From Armatimonadota bacterium (GTDB lineage Bacteria; Armatimonadota; Armatimonadia; Armatimonadales; Armatimonadaceae), in contig JAYUUO010000076.1 of NCBI GenBank assembly GCA_043754515.1, positions 1-15,141 of the forward strand: 15,141 bases of DNA, in the 5' to 3' direction. The position numbers and the translations under genes were made by a program. Shown piece after piece: positions 13,801 to 15,141 of the stretch. Numbering within the stretch: position 1 is the first letter of the stretch; each line of letters opens with the position of its first letter. The notes under the pieces are model-generated. The model did no database searches. It saw only the letters and a program-made list of their open reading frames with translations, and was not told the origin of the DNA.

Positions 13801-15141
13801 ATGAACGCAGTCCGTGAATCGAATCGTTTTCGCAATCTACTCTCCGTGGGATCGCTCACCATCGCCCTGCTCGCCCTGAACGGTGTCGCGGCACACGCGG
13901 GACCGGCAACGCCGCTCCCCACCGACCTTTCCTCGGTTTCCAAACTCCGCGCCTACATAGCGAAAGAGCGGGAGACGATCAAGGAACGGCAGAAAGCCGG
14001 GAAGGGGCATGACTCGGACGCCAAAAAATCCGGAGGCAAAGATGCCGACGAGGAGAAAGACGAGGAGTCCGAGCGACTCGATCACTTGGAGTCGTGGCTT
14101 GCCCGCGCCGCCATCCGGGCGTACCCCGGTGACAGGATCAACAGTGCCGCCTACCTGAAGGCGATGAAGCAACGTGACCTGTTGCCCGCCGCGCGCATCT
14201 TCACTGCGGCGGTCAGCCAATCGGGCGATCAGCGAACGGCGAGTGCCGCCGGTGCCGCACCGTCCACGTTCGCTTCTCTGACGGGGACAAATCTCAAGTG
14301 GGAGTTTACCGGCCCTAAGAATACCCAGCCGTCGAATCGTGGTGGTTTGGGACCGGGCGCGATCGTAGGGCGTGTCAACTGCGCGGCCTTCGACCCGAAG
14401 GTGCCGACTACCATCTATATCGCTACCCCCGCCGGCGGGGTGTGGAAAAGCATTGACGCGGGCAAGAACTGGTTCCCGCTCGGCGATCAGTTCCCTGTTA
14501 CCTCCTCAAGCTCCGTCGTGGTCAGTCCGAAGGACTCACAGGTAGTTCTGGCGAGCCTCGGAGACTATGACGGCGGCGACTTCTTCGGCGATGTGCCGGG
14601 CATTATGCGCTCGACAGACGGCGGCCGCAACTGGACGGTCGTCGGGGATGTCATGAAGGGCCACTCCGCCGTCAGCATGATCGCCTTTGACCCGGACAAC
14701 CCTAACATCGTCGTGGCCTCGTCGGGTGGGGGGGAGTACCGGTACGGTGCTGGCGGCGGACTCTACTATTCGCTGGACGCGGGCGCGACCTGGGCCTCAG
14801 CGACCGTCCAGAACGCGGGAGCAAAGCCCGACTTCCGCAACGTCAAAATCGGCGTCAAGGATACGGTGACGGGCAAGCGGCCCTACTTCGCCGCGAGCCA
14901 GGCTCAAGGTGCAGGATCTTTTCCCAAAGGCATCTACCGCTCCGATGATCAGGGGAAGACTTGGAGCTTCTTTGACTGTCCCCTGCTAGGTACCCCTTCC
15001 GGATTCGCTGTTGCTCCTTCTGCGGTTGATCCCAAAACGGTGTATGTCGCTAGCGAGAATGACAAAAAGGTCTCGAAGGGTGTTCTCGCGGCGGACGGCA
15101 AGTCGTACGTGTGGACTGATATTTCCGGGGCACTAGCAACC
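13801..15141 (+). CDS. Large secreted Asp-box (BNR) repeat beta-propeller protein (VPS10/sortilin- or GH74-like); runs off the right edge
   Basis: Manual translation from ATG 13801: signal peptide ...NGVAAHA|G, then WEFTGP, GRVNCAAFDP, GGVWKSIDAGKNW, RSTDGGRNW, YSLDAGATW and RSDDQGKTW; AAAGGT RBS. Not in the ORF track because it is truncated. Confidence 0.88.
   Translation, partial: MNAVRESNRFRNLLSVGSLTIALLALNGVAAHAGPATPLPTDLSSVSKLRAYIAKERETIKERQKAGKGHDSDAKKSGGKDADEEKDEESERLDHLESWLARAAIRAYPGDRINSAAYLKAMKQRDLLPAARIFTAAVSQSGDQRTASAAGAAPSTFASLTGTNLKWEFTGPKNTQPSNRGGLGPGAIVGRVNCAAFDPKVPTTIYIATPAGGVWKSIDAGKNWFPLGDQFPVTSSSSVVVSPKDSQVVLASLGDYDGGDFFGDVPGIMRSTDGGRNWTVVGDVMKGHSAVSMIAFDPDNPNIVVASSGGGEYRYGAGGGLYYSLDAGATWASATVQNAGAKPDFRNVKIGVKDTVTGKRPYFAASQAQGAGSFPKGIYRSDDQGKTWSFFDCPLLGTPSGFAVAPSAVDPKTVYVASENDKKVSKGVLAADGKSYVWTDISGALAT

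Noticed and set aside
12966..13943. 325-aa minus-strand ORF, and similar antisense ORFs at 5999-6802 and 11296-12135
   Set aside because: Antisense to well-supported genes, Arg/Ser/Pro-rich and without domain signatures; typical of high-GC DNA.

Overview
GC-rich bacterial chromosomal window. The lineage is uncertain; a divergent pafA outside an actinobacterial-type operon would fit Armatimonadota or a similar group (inference only). Left to right: the 5' part of an IS5-family transposase (missed by the ORF track); an AT-richer remnant segment; a stand-alone, divergent Pup-ligase (PafA/Dop family) gene with its own terminator; a membrane protein; and a ~1.95 kb cassette carrying a secreted GH5 glycoside hydrolase behind a long, periodically patterned promoter region. 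That cassette is bracketed by a 107-bp direct repeat of the 3' end of the neighbouring GNAT gene. Next come a near-leaderless 102-aa protein convergent with a nucleoside 2-deoxyribosyltransferase-like gene, a secreted low-complexity protein, a transglutaminase-like protein, a YcxB-like membrane protein, a MenA-like prenyltransferase, the glmU-prs-pth operon, and the start of a large secreted Asp-box (BNR) protein (also missed by the ORF track). The strongest unexplained signals are three: (i) the GNAT 3'-end duplication, whose differences are almost all synonymous, suggesting a gene-end-replacing insertion of the GH5 cassette; (ii) three copies of a short palindrome resembling IS200/IS605-type ends; (iii) exactly phased TCATGA/ATGAAA arrays upstream of the GH5 gene. 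No complete novel multi-gene system can be proven from this window alone.
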